A stretch of 57,314 nt of DNA, taken from the NCBI GenBank assembly GCA_001938485.1, contig MQRK01170105.1:1-57314 (forward strand), read 5' to 3'. Below the pieces are notes generated by a model. That model saw nothing but the letters and a program-made list of their open reading frames with translations. It had not been told where the DNA came from and did no database searches. This document shows positions 1 to 13,137 of the stretch, piece after piece. The stretch's first letter is position 1. Each line of letters begins with the position of its first letter. The position numbers and the translations under genes were made by a program. Origin of the DNA: Girardia tigrina (taxonomy: Eukaryota).

Positions 1-329
1 TTTATCATCTTTATGATGATCAACAGTAAGGCTTTCACTAGATTCCATCAATCAATTTTTCAATATCTCTCATTATAATCTGAACTAACTTGAGAAAAAT
101 ATTTTATTTAAAAATATTTGCTTTAAATTTTATTGGCTGAAATAAAATATTTTTATAGTTATTTTTAAACATTAATTTGATTTTAATTATTTAAAAATTT
201 ACAAAAATAAAATCATTAAAATTATTTAAAAAGTACAATNNNNNNNNNNNNNNNNNNNNNNNNNNNNNNNNNNNNNNNNNNNNNNNNNNNNNNNNNNNNN
301 NNNNNNNNNNNNNAATTAAATATTGACAA

Positions 330-430
330 TCCATCTGGTTAGGAGAGGCACAATCCCAAATCAACATACAACATTTAAACATACAAAAACTACACAAAAA
401 CATCCACACACCAAATATTCCTCACAATCA
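330..430. repeat. Dispersed repeat fragment, homologous to 28765-28870
   Basis: catctggttaggagaggcacaatcccaaatcaacat here versus catctgtgtaggagaggcacaatccgaatcaacat at ~28769. Both are followed by an attcctcacaa motif. Family not identified. Confidence 0.55.
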
Positions 431-879
431 AATTGTGGGAAAATATTTCCGCATGCTCAATAAGGAAGGTTATCCTCCTTAGCAAGAGTATCTTCAATTT
501 TCTGAGCAAGTAAGACATTAAAAGTACGTATATTCTAGAACTTTCACTCCATATAATTATATATATATAGTATTTCCCGTTCTAACGCACTGGAACTTGA
601 ATACAATGCGGTAAGGTCATAGCGCCTTCAAAAACCTTAGCTATGTGCTTACAAATACTATATGTATTCACTGGCAAATTTATCTAAAGTTTGGTTTGAG
701 GAAAATCATCCTCTTTTTCTTATCGTTCTGTTTTTATATTATCTATTTATTCTACTGACATTTTGTCAAAATCTTTCATGCAACCATAAATTGCCAGTCA
801 TTCACCATTGTCAAATGGGAGTTCCTAAATCTACTTTGAGGTAATGAATAAAGGATGACAAATATGTGAATTGTTGCAT

Positions 880-1246
880 AGTGCTGACAAAACCCCTGGA
901 ATCAAGCACCAAAAAGCATCTATGTGAAGGATTGAAAATTGGATAACACTTTGTTTTCATGGTAAGTCCAACAAAGAAATTAAGGCATTAAACTTGATTA
1001 GATTCTCAGAAAGCTAGCCAAATAATTTGATAAATAGTTAAAGACGACGCCTTTATGTTTGCTGCTGGTCATATTTCGTTATCATGCTTTCAGCAACGAC
1101 ATGAAATTTCAGATGCAATGATGTACGGTATGGTACGTTCAACAAATACAGACTCAACAAGTAAATTCCTAGCAAAATTCAAAGCAATACTACAAGTTAG
1201 TGAGCACATGGAACATGAAATCTATAAGCGCAATGAAGCTGCATAG
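880..1246 (+). pseudogene. Possible pogo/Tigger transposase N-terminal (CENP-B-type HTH) relic
   Basis: FAAGHISLSCFQQRHEISDAMMYG resembles the FxASxGWLxxFKxRHxI...G motif. Heavily decayed. Confidence 0.3.
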
Positions 1247-1950
1247 CACTTTATTTTTATATTATTGCCGGACACCATGAATCAAATAATCTGCTTGTAC
1301 TATCAAATAGAATAGCAGTGCTATTTTTGTTAAAAAACCAAGGGATCACGAATTGCGTCCACTCTGTATCGGAAAATTCAAATAGACACAATCTTTTCAT
1401 TATATCAATAGGACCAAATGTCTTGATTATGACAATAGTAAAATTTCCTAAATGACTAAAAAAAATTTGAAAATTATCTTCACAAAAAATTTGTTCTTCA
1501 AGTTAGGAAATGTTTAATATGTAAAGCTTTGGAACAATGTGCTTTATTGCTCAACTTAGTCCAGAACTGCTCCTGTTTAGAATTAGAAATAGTATTTATT
1601 TTTATGTGAAAAATAAATTAAATCCTAACATTGATATGTACGTAAAAAAGTGATAATCTCGACATTTTGTTTTTCTCAGTCAGTTTGATTGAGTTTTAAA
1701 AATTTTGATATTAAAAAGAGAAAAGAAATCGTTTCGGAAAAATCAAAGTTGTAAATTTTAATTGGCAAAAAAATATATTTTATTCATACTATAAAATTCT
1801 AAAATTTCGAAAACGATTTTGACTGTCTTTTGGAAATTTTAAACTAAATTGTTGAAAGTCGAGCTACTTTCTCGCGCTTGTCACTTGTGTGAGATCCGTG
1901 TGCGATTGAGAGACTGTCGAGATTGCGAGAGGACATTAGTGAATGGTAAA

Positions 1951-2456
1951 TCAATCCTCATCAGAATCGCTATCGAAATTTTCAATATAATCACCATTTA
2001 GTTTCACACACTTTTCTCATCTCTTGGTCAACTTCCTAATACCATTATCGAAGAAAATACGCGGTGTCTCCGAAATCCTCGCACTTGACTGATTAACCTC
2101 CAATGATTGACGCCCTGTCTGGAATCGTTGCACCCACTTAAAGACAGCCGTTCTTCCCATAGCGGGATCACCAAAGACGCGGTGTAAACGGCGCACAATA
2201 TCTGCAGTGGGATTGTCTTCCTTTCAGAGGAAATAGATGATTGCTCGTTGAGTAATAGTAACTACAAGGGAGAAAACTGACAAAATAATATATTAGTATG
2301 TTACACTCATGCCGACGGGCAACCAATGAGAGCTCACCTCAATTACAATTAGTTGACTCCCCCTTATGTCATCGTACACACACCGCGTGTTACAGTCACG
2401 CACACACGTGACCACGCCATATTTTCTCAGTCCGCGAACTTTTGGGACACCCCTCG
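1951..2456 (-). mobile_element. Internally deleted mariner element (5' TIR, N-terminal HTH joined to C-terminus)
   Basis: Minus strand starts TA-CGAGGGGTGTCCCAAAAGTTCGCGGACT (mariner-type TIR). Translation QRAIIYFL*KEDNPTADIVRRLHRVFGDPAMGRTAVFKWVQRFQTGRQSLE runs into FFDNGIRKLTKR*EKCVKLNGDYIE (mariner C-terminus). The DDD core is absent and no second TIR was found. Confidence 0.85.
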
Positions 2457-3689
2457 TATACTTAGTCTTTAATTATTTTCCTTTATGACCTATTAAATAT
2501 GAGATTATACATAATGAAAACACTCTTTAGTACAGTTTTCGTACATTTTCTTATTTTTACATATATTTAATATATTTTTATCCTAATTTGATTTATTTTA
2601 ACAATATTTAAATGCTATCAATTAGTTATAATGGAAAAAACCTAGGATAATTCTTTCTAATTTTAATATTGTTACTTTTATTTTCAACAAAAACTTATAC
2701 TAATATTTATCAGTTTGATTATTTTATTATTGGAAAAATATATTTTTTTATATATCCCGCATAATTTTAAAATAATTTCACTGTATTTCAATGACACTAA
2801 TTAATTTGATTTCAAAGATTTCCAAATTTCCTGGGTGACTTAAATGTCTCATTTGGATATCTAATAAATTACATTCGAATATGACAAATGAATCTGCCTT
2901 GTTTTCTAACAATATTTTGCTAAGAATTTCTGAAATCCTTAAACATTTAGAAACTAAAAGATTTTTTTACTGATTTGTATTTTTAATACATTGGATAGTC
3001 GAATCCTCGTTTTATAACACTTTCAGATTTACTTAAAAATAATATAATTAACAAATTTAAGTCTAGAATATTTTTCAAATAAATTTAAAAATAATAAAAA
3101 TATTTATGAAACAATATTTTGATTAGTGGTTTTGCAGTCTTAAGATTTTTAGTCTCTGATATCTATCATTACTGTTTTAATAAACATGGATCGTTACTGA
3201 CCCCGTGGACTTAAATAAGTAAAAGAATAAAATAATATTACAAAACTATTATTATGAATGAGGTTGTTATAGAGGGAATACAAGATTTAAACTTTAATTT
3301 TAAATTGTTGACTTAATTTAGAAAAAAACTTTATGAATTGAAATAAAAGCCATTACAATTAACTCATGTTTTCAATAAACATTTATATATGCCCATAACT
3401 TAGAAAGCCGGTAGTACTTCATCTGGAGCAAAATTATTCAGATGCTTGAAAAATTGTTAGTTAGATAATAAGAGGTCTGACAAGGATAAATGATGAGACA
3501 TAGTCTAGAAGTCTAAATCCTTCAACTTATGTGGGGTCAGCTAAGCGACACGCGTGCGGATGCTATAATGAAGCAGAATTGATCCTTTTTTAACCAATAT
3601 CTAAAAAATATATTAAAGCTCCTAGTGTATTTCATCAATTTGTTGAGTATAATTCTGTCATAATCATCTTACCCTGATTCTGAATTTAA

Positions 3690-3693
<4 letters not shown>

Positions 3694-3740
<47 letters not shown>
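3694..3740. repeat. (TA)n microsatellite abutting an assembly gap
   Basis: Perfect TA run ending at the N block 3741-4162. Confidence 0.95.
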
Positions 3741-4189
3741 NNNNNNNNNNNNNNNNNNNNNNNNNNNNNNNNNNNNNNNNNNNNNNNNNNNNNNNNNNNN
3801 NNNNNNNNNNNNNNNNNNNNNNNNNNNNNNNNNNNNNNNNNNNNNNNNNNNNNNNNNNNNNNNNNNNNNNNNNNNNNNNNNNNNNNNNNNNNNNNNNNNN
3901 NNNNNNNNNNNNNNNNNNNNNNNNNNNNNNNNNNNNNNNNNNNNNNNNNNNNNNNNNNNNNNNNNNNNNNNNNNNNNNNNNNNNNNNNNNNNNNNNNNNN
4001 NNNNNNNNNNNNNNNNNNNNNNNNNNNNNNNNNNNNNNNNNNNNNNNNNNNNNNNNNNNNNNNNNNNNNNNNNNNNNNNNNNNNNNNNNNNNNNNNNNNN
4101 NNNNNNNNNNNNNNNNNNNNNNNNNNNNNNNNNNNNNNNNNNNNNNNNNNNNNNNNNNNNNNAAATAGCAATTAATCACTTTATTTCAT

Positions 4190-4226
4190 TGCACTGAAGA
4201 TGCCGAAATGGTGAAACGCGTTTGTA
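4190..4226 (+). ncRNA. Minimal type I hammerhead ribozyme motif
   Basis: UGCA-CUGAAGA-U-GCC(GAAAU)GGU-GAAA-CGCG-UU|UGUA. Both core boxes are present, with stem II GCC/GGU, palindromic stem III ACGCGU and 4-bp stem I UGCA/UGUA. Confidence 0.7.
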
Positions 4227-7200
4227 TTGGGAATAAATTTAATATTAAAAAATTGCCTTTCTTTTCATTATTATTAAAAATACCATTATCAGTTCTAGAT
4301 AATATATATATATATATATAATTATGTTATGTGCGTCATTAGAATTAAGGCCGTAATTTTGGAAAATACTACCTTGGAAAACTAAACTCTGACGAGTTAG
4401 CACCGATTGTTGTTTTGTCAAGATATAGCAAGCAGTTCTGTGCAAATCTCCACTCGCTTTTGTCAGATAATGGTTATTATCCAGGTTTTTCATATTAAAC
4501 GCTCCCGCATAATCTTCAGATGTTTTCACATTGTTTGCGTGGTTGCATTTTTAACCTCTTACAGAATCTACTCAAATTGCTAACACATAATCATAGATGA
4601 TTTCCCTTCTCTTGCGTGTTCTTCTGTGCTAACATCTCTACATCTGGATTTCCCTTTCAATTTAGAGCACGTCCAAAAACTCACAGTATCTTGCTCAATA
4701 ATGTTAGTTATCTCTATATCACGTTTCTAACAATAATAAAAGAGTTTAAGGATAACTCGTCAGTTGAACTCCGTTGAAACTGCCAAAACACCGATAAAAT
4801 GTTAGTGGCATTAATTTGGTTAAACAAAATTATGATAAAACAAAATAATATAATATTATCAACAAGCACATATAGGACAATCCTGTAATGGCGGTTCGAT
4901 GTAATCATAAAGTTTTGAAATGATTTATAGAATAAATTTTCTTAATGAAAGATTTCAGTACGGACATATCGTAGATTTTTAAAAGAGGATCTTATATCAA
5001 AGAAACAATTATTATTTATTCATAATTATATCTGAATATTAAGTTTAATCAGTGTACCTATATAACTTGTTTTTATCGTTATTCTATTTTTACATAAAAA
5101 TATCAAAAAAGAAAATATTAATAATTAATAGATATTTTTTTCAATGTGAATATTTATGCAGAAATAATTTCTTTTTGGTATATTTTAAAATATTATGAAA
5201 ACAAATTGTTAATATCACCATAAAATTCTTTTATATTATTGATTTAATTAAGTATACATAGATTTTAGAATTAATAAAAGAAATTATATTTACGAAAAAA
5301 ATACTTAATAACGTTTATTTTGTAAGTAATAATGTTTAGAAAAACAAATATAAATTTTGAGATTAACAACTTATCAAAATCAAAACAATAATATTTAAAA
5401 AATTATTATTAATTTATTATATAATGTTTACTATTTAATTTTTTCTTTAAAATTAAGATCTGAATATATTCATTATTATTTGAACATTATGAGTTTGCAA
5501 ACTATTTTTTCTATTGTTTTTCTATTCTTTTTAAAAATTTATTTTATAACAAAAGTAATGCATTATATTAATTATTCTGATGTATTGTTCTATACTTAAA
5601 TAAAGTCATTTTAATTTAATTAAAACAATAATTATTTAAGAATTATGTTCTTCTTTTTAAGAAACGAAAGCATTTTACACTATTGAAAATTCATCGTTTT
5701 ATTTTAAAAATAGTATTATTAAGAACACTAATATGATTTTCAATACTTTTTGTTATAATATTTGTTTTTTTTGTTTTAAGATTTGTTTTAATATTTACAA
5801 ATGAAAAGAGAAATTTATTTCCAAAAATGAAAACTTTTACACATGCACATATATATATATAAAGACTCAAACTTAAATAAATTTGTATATTTTATAATTA
5901 CATTTTAATAATATTTTTTCAACTTACAGACACAGACAATTACAATTAAAAGTTACATTTTTTCCATTAAACAAAAAAAATTTATATTAATATAATAAAT
6001 ATATAAATTAATAAAAATTATATTTGTAAAAGAGTGTTGTTGTTAATTTTTTTTAATTTTCGAAAATAAGAATTTTGGTTTTTAAAAATTTCAAATTATA
6101 ATCGAAATTAAAAAAAAATAATAGAAAATAGAATTAAAAAAAAAGAAAATGAAAAAATGAAAATTTGTTTAAATAACAAATTTAACCTGTTGTAGTTAAT
6201 AAATTTTGCAAATCTTAATTTCTTTTTGATTTAGAATGGATGATAATTCCCAACCTAACAATAATGATTAAAGAAAATTTTCTGGTTTTTAATAATCTTA
6301 GACAGGAAATATGTAAAACTATCTAGAATATAAAATATTACAGGATACGTACTGAAATACAAACAATTTGCATAGAGGAATACAACATATTCATATTCAT
6401 AAAATAAGAAAATGAAGGATTATTTACAAAATATATTGAATATGTTTGAAAAAGTAAAATGTTATTGTTACAAGATCTGACAAGGGCAACAAAAATATGG
6501 CAGCATAGATGAAAGGAATAATTTATAATGCATAGAGAAATTAAATAAAATTAGAAAATAGTACGCCATTCTAAAATATGATTACATTTATGATATATAT
6601 ATTATATTGAAGCATCTTTTGAAGAACAAAAGTAACCAACCGAAAGTTGAGATAATAGTGTAATGGTAGGGTTGACAACTTTCTACAATTGGTGGACTAA
6701 GTAAATTGTACAAGTTGGGCCATCTACTTCGCTCTGTGTTATCGATAACTAATGCTGTGAGGTTCAAGGTATACAAAGTTTGCCATTTAATTATTTGACT
6801 CTAGATAAATTCAAAATCAGACATAGCTTTTATTCTTGTCATTAAGATCGGTAAATCACACTCTTGTGAGAATCATTGAAACTCCAACTGAAACTCCAAC
6901 AATGTATTTACGACCACAGCATAATTAATATTAAAGTTACTCTCATAATGTCCAAACTTCGCTGATTATTTAAAAACTTTTTCAGTTTTTTTTTAAATTT
7001 TTATATTTTATTTTGAGAAACTCATTCTTTTTTGTTTTAAAAATCAAATATCGGAAACGAATATTTATTTACTCTATTAATTTTTTAATATTTTTATGAT
7101 AATTTTTATTCTCTATTAATTTCTATTTATCTTGATCAATAATTTTTATTTTCCAATGACACTTATTTCTGATTCAAAAATTTTCTACACTGCTTTTTAA

Positions 7201-7650
7201 TTTCCTTACAAAATCAGATGGCGATTCAAACCGAACCTGTATGGAAAACCCCATATTAGGTAAAATAAAAAACGTTTTCTAACGCCAATATTTTTCTATA
7301 AATTAATAGAAAATAACATAAGAAAAGACTATAGACATATGTGTTCATATTGTTATGTTGATATTTTTGTGGAAGAGGGCTTCAAGAATGTTTATATCAA
7401 TTTTTTATAATGTTATAATCATTTTAAACAGTAAATTGCATTAATTAAAAAAACCCCAAAAGATGTCGGTAACTGAAAATAGTAAATGATTTAAGGGAAA
7501 TAAATGTCAATATTATTCTTGTTTTGGAAAACGATACAGAGGATATTAATAGTAAAAGAAGTAATAATATTAGTTGCATTAATACTATTAATATTATAAA
7601 ATTACCAATAATATAAAAACAACACTAATCCATTAAAAAATATATTTATA

Positions 7651-7689
7651 GATAATATATTTCGATGGATCTACCGTCATCTTCAGGTC
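7651..7689 (-). ncRNA. Minimal hammerhead motif in the inverted Penelope arm
   Basis: Minus strand GAC-CUGAAGA-U-GACGG(UAGAU)CCAUC-GAAA-UAUA-UU-AUC, with one stem II mismatch. Confidence 0.65.
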
Positions 7690-8549
7690 ACTAATAAATA
7701 ATCAATTCACCTGTATATAAATACAAAATTATGATTATGGAATCGATTACATGAAATCATTCTAATCAAAAATTCTGGTCGTTGTCTTCCACTTTTGTTA
7801 AATCTGTAGAGAGTGTTAATAAACTAAGTTCTTTGTTAAATAAGAATGGTTATTCTAAATCTTTTCTAGAAAAATTAACAAAGGAAACAGTAGATAAAAT
7901 ACTTTTTAAAGACTTTTCGAGAAACCAGATTTTGGCTTCTCTTGATGGATCTAAGAAGGAAATCGAAGAATCATTAGATATTAATAATATTCCTAAATAT
8001 TGTTTAATTGTACCTTATTCTTAAGGATTTAAAAACTTTAAAGATGCATTGTTAAAAGCAACTAACAATGAATTAAATTTAAAAATTATATCACGATCTC
8101 ATAAAATTCAAAATATGTTCAGTAATAAATCTATTACACTTTTAACACTTTGTTCTGATATTGTTTATGAATATAAATGTAATGGGTGCGATGCCACATA
8201 CATTGGAGAGACGGTCCGTCATCTCTGTAGACGAATTCAAGAACATGGTCGAAAAGAGAGTAAGAGTAATATTACAGAATATAAGAAAAATATAAATGTG
8301 ATGTTAATTTTGGTAATTTCAAAATTCTGTGTAAGCATTTTGACAGTTATTGGGAGAGAGTGTCGTGTGAAGCATTGTTAATTAGGTCACGTTGCCCTAA
8401 AATCAATGTTCAATCGGCAGTCTCAACCAGCTTATTGAGAATTTTTGATTAGGATGATTTCATGCAATCGAAATAATCATCATTTTTTACATCATTTACA
8501 TAATCATCATTTTTGTATTTATATACAGGTGAATTGATTATTAATTAGT

Positions 8550-8588
8550 GACCTGAAGATGACGGTAGATCCGTCGAAATATATTATC
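8550..8588 (+). ncRNA. Minimal hammerhead motif in Penelope 3' repeat
   Basis: GAC-CUGAAGA-U-GACGG(UAGAU)CCGUC-GAAA-UAUA-UU-AUC. Perfect 5-bp stem II and palindromic stem III; stem I is weak. Confidence 0.75.
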
Positions 8589-8849
8589 TATAAATATATT
8601 TTTTCATGGATTATTGTTGTTTTTAAAAGAAAATTATTATCCAGATTTCGTTTTATCAATAATAATATAAATAATTAGAATCTTAAAAGTACATATATTT
8701 TATATTAATTGTGTAGTGTATTATTTAATTTATGAAACAATACAAATTGACGTATTTATGCTTGTAAATACGTTAGAAATTTCCTTTTTCCGAAGGATTA
8801 AACTAATTTGAATGTTCAATTTTTAAAATGTATTAAAAATATTTTCAAA

Positions 8850-9200
8850 TGCGTAAAATTCGAAATATTTCTTGTAATAAATCTTCCACTCAACAATTAG
8901 TGTGTTTGGATCTCATTTATCAATATACTTATAAGTTGAACGATGTGACATACAAATGAGAGACTTTGCATCATCTTCATACGAGAATTTTTTAGCATGA
9001 CCTTAACCGGGATGAATGTTATAATTTCCAATGTAGAAAGGTTTTCAACTCTCTTTCAAACATAAATGAATTTCAAATTTCGTGCAATCATTGATTTAAA
9101 AAGTCATTAATTTTTGTAAGAAAGTAGTTTGCAAAGTATATAAACAGCCTTATTAAACTAAAGCGGACTGAACTGAATACTGAACAAGGAATTGGTTATC
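8850..9200 (+). pseudogene. Second, more decayed Penelope GIY-YIG fragment
   Basis: KIRNISCNKSSTQQLVCLDLIYQYTYKLNDVTYK*ETLHHLHTRIF*H aligns with KIQNMFSNKSITLLTLCSDIVYEYKCNGCDATYIGETVRHLCRRIQEH. LIKLKRTELN follows downstream. Confidence 0.65.
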
Positions 9201-12199
9201 CTCAAACGCAATGATTATGAGCAGGGCAGGTTTTTGCTCCCTAATAATATTTTTACAAAATAATTTTACAGAAATTAAAATGTACTATAAATTAAATTTA
9301 AAAATTGTATTTGTAATTAAAATTAATTTTATTAATTAATTTTACAATCAACAAGTTTGAATAATTTAAATTTTTAAAAAGTAATAGAATATGTTAAATT
9401 CAAATTTGAATAAAATTTAGGATAATAATTTACACGAAATTAACTAAAGAATTGGCGAAATGCTTTTAATGCTCTAGTATATGACGTGCCAATGCATCTC
9501 GATAACACCGAAATAAGTGATCGTGAGAGAAATATTAGTATTCCAACTGACAAAAACATAAAAAAATAGTTGGAAGTTTGCCCTAACACTAAAAGCTCAC
9601 ACTCTGGTATCTGAAAATGTGTGAGATGATTAAAATACTCTTGTATGAATTAGAATTTCAATCAATACAGAGTCTACGAACAAAGAACATGTACCATTGC
9701 AGCCTATGTAGTTAACTATACAGTAAAGGAAAGCTGAATAGGAGCATTAATACTTGTAGAGTGTTGTATCTCAGAGGAATGATTTTTAACTTTAATTATC
9801 GGAAATTCTTTTTCTGAACTTTCGTGATCCGTGGGGGATTGATTCATCCACAGTTGCAACAAATAATCAAGATTTAATAATCAAAACGGCACAAGTTTTC
9901 TGTCATAAATGGATTTTAAAGTTAAATAAGCAACAGAATCGTGAGAAAACATTTTATTTACAGAAGATTTCGATGCTGATTTTACGTACGCGGTTGTTGA
10001 ATTATTATCATCTTAAGCAGGTGGTGGAAGTATTTGGTTTGTGCCCAAAAGAATCAAATTAAGAATAGTTCTCAATATCACACAAACTAATTGACAATGC
10101 ATAGGTTCCATTTCAGTTCCACAAACGTAATAAATTTTAACCAATTTATCATCAAATTTATAAACATCAACTAGCTTTCTGAAATATTTGAAATGATCGT
10201 TTTCGAATGCTTCTGTGTATAGATCAATATTACGATACACATAAGGAATGTTAACGAGAAGAGAATTTTCAAAATCATCAGCTTTATATCATCATTTTCT
10301 CGTCATACAATATATTGATATATGGATTCAATCGACTCGCAGAAAACCATAAATTTATGCGCAAATTTGTATATCCGAAAATACTTTCATTTTCTCCATA
10401 TAACTGGTGAGTAAAAGGAGTTATATTGTTGACATTGTTATCCAAATCTCCATTTTCAAGACTTAATTTGTAATTGATATGCTTATTGACAGGTCAAGTA
10501 AATTTATCATTTGGCATTTCCTTACTATCTATTTTTAACTCTTATTATCATTAAAATTAGACAATCAAATAAGACTTTAAATTTTCGCCAAAACTTTATT
10601 TGCATTATTAAATTGCTTAGTTTAAACAAATTTTTATTTAAATGTTTTTCTTATATTGCTATGGTGATAAATTTTCTTTTTAAAAAACAAAACCTTCACA
10701 CACTTAAACACATACACCTTTTCAATCGCATTTGCACTCACATTTAAAACACGCAATTCATACACACAAACACATTTTATTTACAATTTCGATTGGCTTA
10801 TTCAAAAAAGAAAAAATAAACAAAGAAGATCAAGTGATCTTAATTCGTTAAAACTCGATTGACACGTAAATTGATCATGAATATTGAACCACAATCATGA
10901 AACCAAATGAAAGTGATGGTTTAATAAATGTTATATAGATATATATTTTTTATTTGATTTATTTATTTAAATTACTTATTTATTTTTACTTTTAATTAAT
11001 TTATTTTAATGTAATGATTTTATTTAACTAATATTTTAATTTAATTGCTTTATTTACATTTACTTTTAATTTAATGCGGTATTTATTTTTTTTTCCTTCT
11101 TTAATTTAATTTTACTTAATTTTATTTATTTAATATTTTAATTTAAATTGGTCTCAAGTAAGGGTCAAAGGCAATCACAACGCCAACATAGATTTAATAT
11201 TCATATTTTACTTGTTCCTAAACTTCTTTGTCATAGCGATAACATTAATTGCCAAAAATAATAAAATTTATTTTGCAAAGTGTTGTTTTTATTAATTATA
11301 ATTATAAAATTTTTAATAATAAAATGTTTATTGTTTTATAAATAGGTTTGAAAATTTTGCATAACAATTATTGAATTTTAGCTTTGTTAATATAAGCAAA
11401 CAGTACTGAACTTAAGATAATCACATTTGTTAACGCAAAAAAAGCCCATAATCCATTAATCATCTCTTTTAGGCAGAACGACCACGCAAAACCGGATTTC
11501 CAATTGGAATACGACATTATTCACAGTTAAATTGTGGGACCCGACTAATATTTGTATCTGAAAACCGCTGATGAAAATATTTCCACTTCAATGAAATATT
11601 ATTATTTTAATAAATTTAATTACATTTATTATAATTCATATTGTAAAAAAAAATAATATTTTATTTTGTTTGTTTACAAAATTTGTTTTCATTTCTTTTA
11701 TTTTATTTTTTTATATATTTATCTTTATATTATTTTTTTCTCCTTAATTTTTTTAATCATTGATATCAATAACTTTATTATTGAATAATTACCAATAATA
11801 CAATTTGATTTCCAAAGAAATGTTTTAATTTTTGTAATTGTTATTTAATTTAAAAAATTTCAAAAATTAAATAGATTTAAGAAACAAAAAAGACAATTGT
11901 AGACATAATTAATTATATTATTTGCATTGTTGGAGGATATTAAATAAAAAAAATTTTGAAAAATCAAAAATTATTTTTTAATAATTTTGAAATACAAATT
12001 GATATGAAGAGAAAATTAAAATTTTCTAACTTCATTTCACGTTTATCAATTTTTCATATTTTATTTACTTTGACAATAGTAATAATCGAAGTAATAATAT
12101 ATCTACTATTAACGAACATCGCCAAATAATAACAGTAAAAAAATCACAATCATTAACAAATCTATAATTTAAAATATGATTAATACACTTTATTCATTA

Positions 12200-12700
12200 A
12201 CCACATCCAAACATTCTACATCAGCATTATCATCTAGACACTCTACATCCTGATCATCTGCATCTTCTTCAGAATATGACTAGTAAGAGAATTTTTCACT
12301 CTGGTTGAGGCAACCCATACATCGAAAAACTTTCAACCATAAACATCAGACTCTGCTTTATACTTATCCTCATTGTTCGAACTAAATCCTGTTGATAATA
12401 TTTAGTTTTCTATGATTTCAGTTTTAAATTCCTACAAAGATTTTCCGACCCATGACCTATCCAATTGCTTCAATGGTAGTTTTGGCTTACCATTTTTTGG
12501 TAAAAACAATAGAATTAGAGTTCCTTCATTCCTTAATTTAAAATTAATATCAAATCTTTCTAGGAACTAGGAATTCCTGTATATCCTGCTTGTAGATAAG
12601 ATGGAAATCCACCTGGGAGAACGATCATTTCAACATTTCTCTTAATATAATTTTCGATAACTTGTTGGTCTGAATGAACTCAATACAAATCCGAAATAAT
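12200..12700 (-). pseudogene. pogo/Tigger (DDE_1-type) transposase C-terminal relic
   Basis: Minus strand ISDLY*VH...NVEMIVLPGGFPSYLQAG (compare IPGGxTSxLQPxD), then FTKNGKPKLP...SWVGKSL and an acidic tail. Confidence 0.7.
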
Positions 12701-12911
12701 ATACTAGCCGTTCGCTATAAGACTTTTTAAAATTGAATATTTATTAATTAAAAAGTAAGTTATCAAATATTATAATTAAAAAAAATTTGCTCATATTTAA
12801 ATCTTATTAAATTTACCACTACCACAACAACTACTACTACTACTTCTACAGCAACAACAAATAAACTACTACTAATATTAATATGTACACTGGCTTTTTG
12901 CAGCTTATGTG

Positions 12912-13137
12912 TGAGAATGGTGATTATGTAATCAACTATGTAATTAAGGCTCTATTTGAAAATGTTTAACAGAGAAGTTGAGTGTGAAGCTTGATTATTA
13001 ATGTGTGGATATTATGATGCCTTATTAATAAGATACATGGATCCAAAAATAAATATTTAAGCTTCATACTCAGCTTCTATGTTAAACATCCTCAAATAGA
13101 GTCTTTATTGCTTTAGATTGCATAATCATCATTCTCA
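12912..13137. repeat. ~100-bp imperfect inverted repeat made of a Penelope 3' tail
   Basis: 12912-13010 is the reverse complement of 13041-13137. The spacer plus right arm reads YDALLIRYMDPKINI*ASYSASMLNILK*, matching CEALLIRSRCPKINVQSAVSTSLLRIFD* of the 8.4-kb copy. Confidence 0.75.

Larger units (their letters stand above)
7614..8625 (+). mobile_element. 5'-truncated Penelope-like element (GIY-YIG endonuclease relic) bounded by an inverted copy of its 3' repeat
   Basis: ORF 8049-8381 carries IVYEYKCNGCDATYIGETVRHLCRRIQEH (PLE GIY-YIG). 7614-7776 is the reverse complement of ~8438-8625 apart from one indel. Each arm has a hammerhead motif. Confidence 0.9.

Noticed and set aside
3686-4179. 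ORFs spanning N gaps (also 51193-52191 and 191-409)
   Set aside because: Artefacts of N runs and TA repeats.
9440-10420. GC-elevated segment with a 75-aa minus-strand ORF
   Set aside because: Probably a decayed element, but no motif I can recognise.
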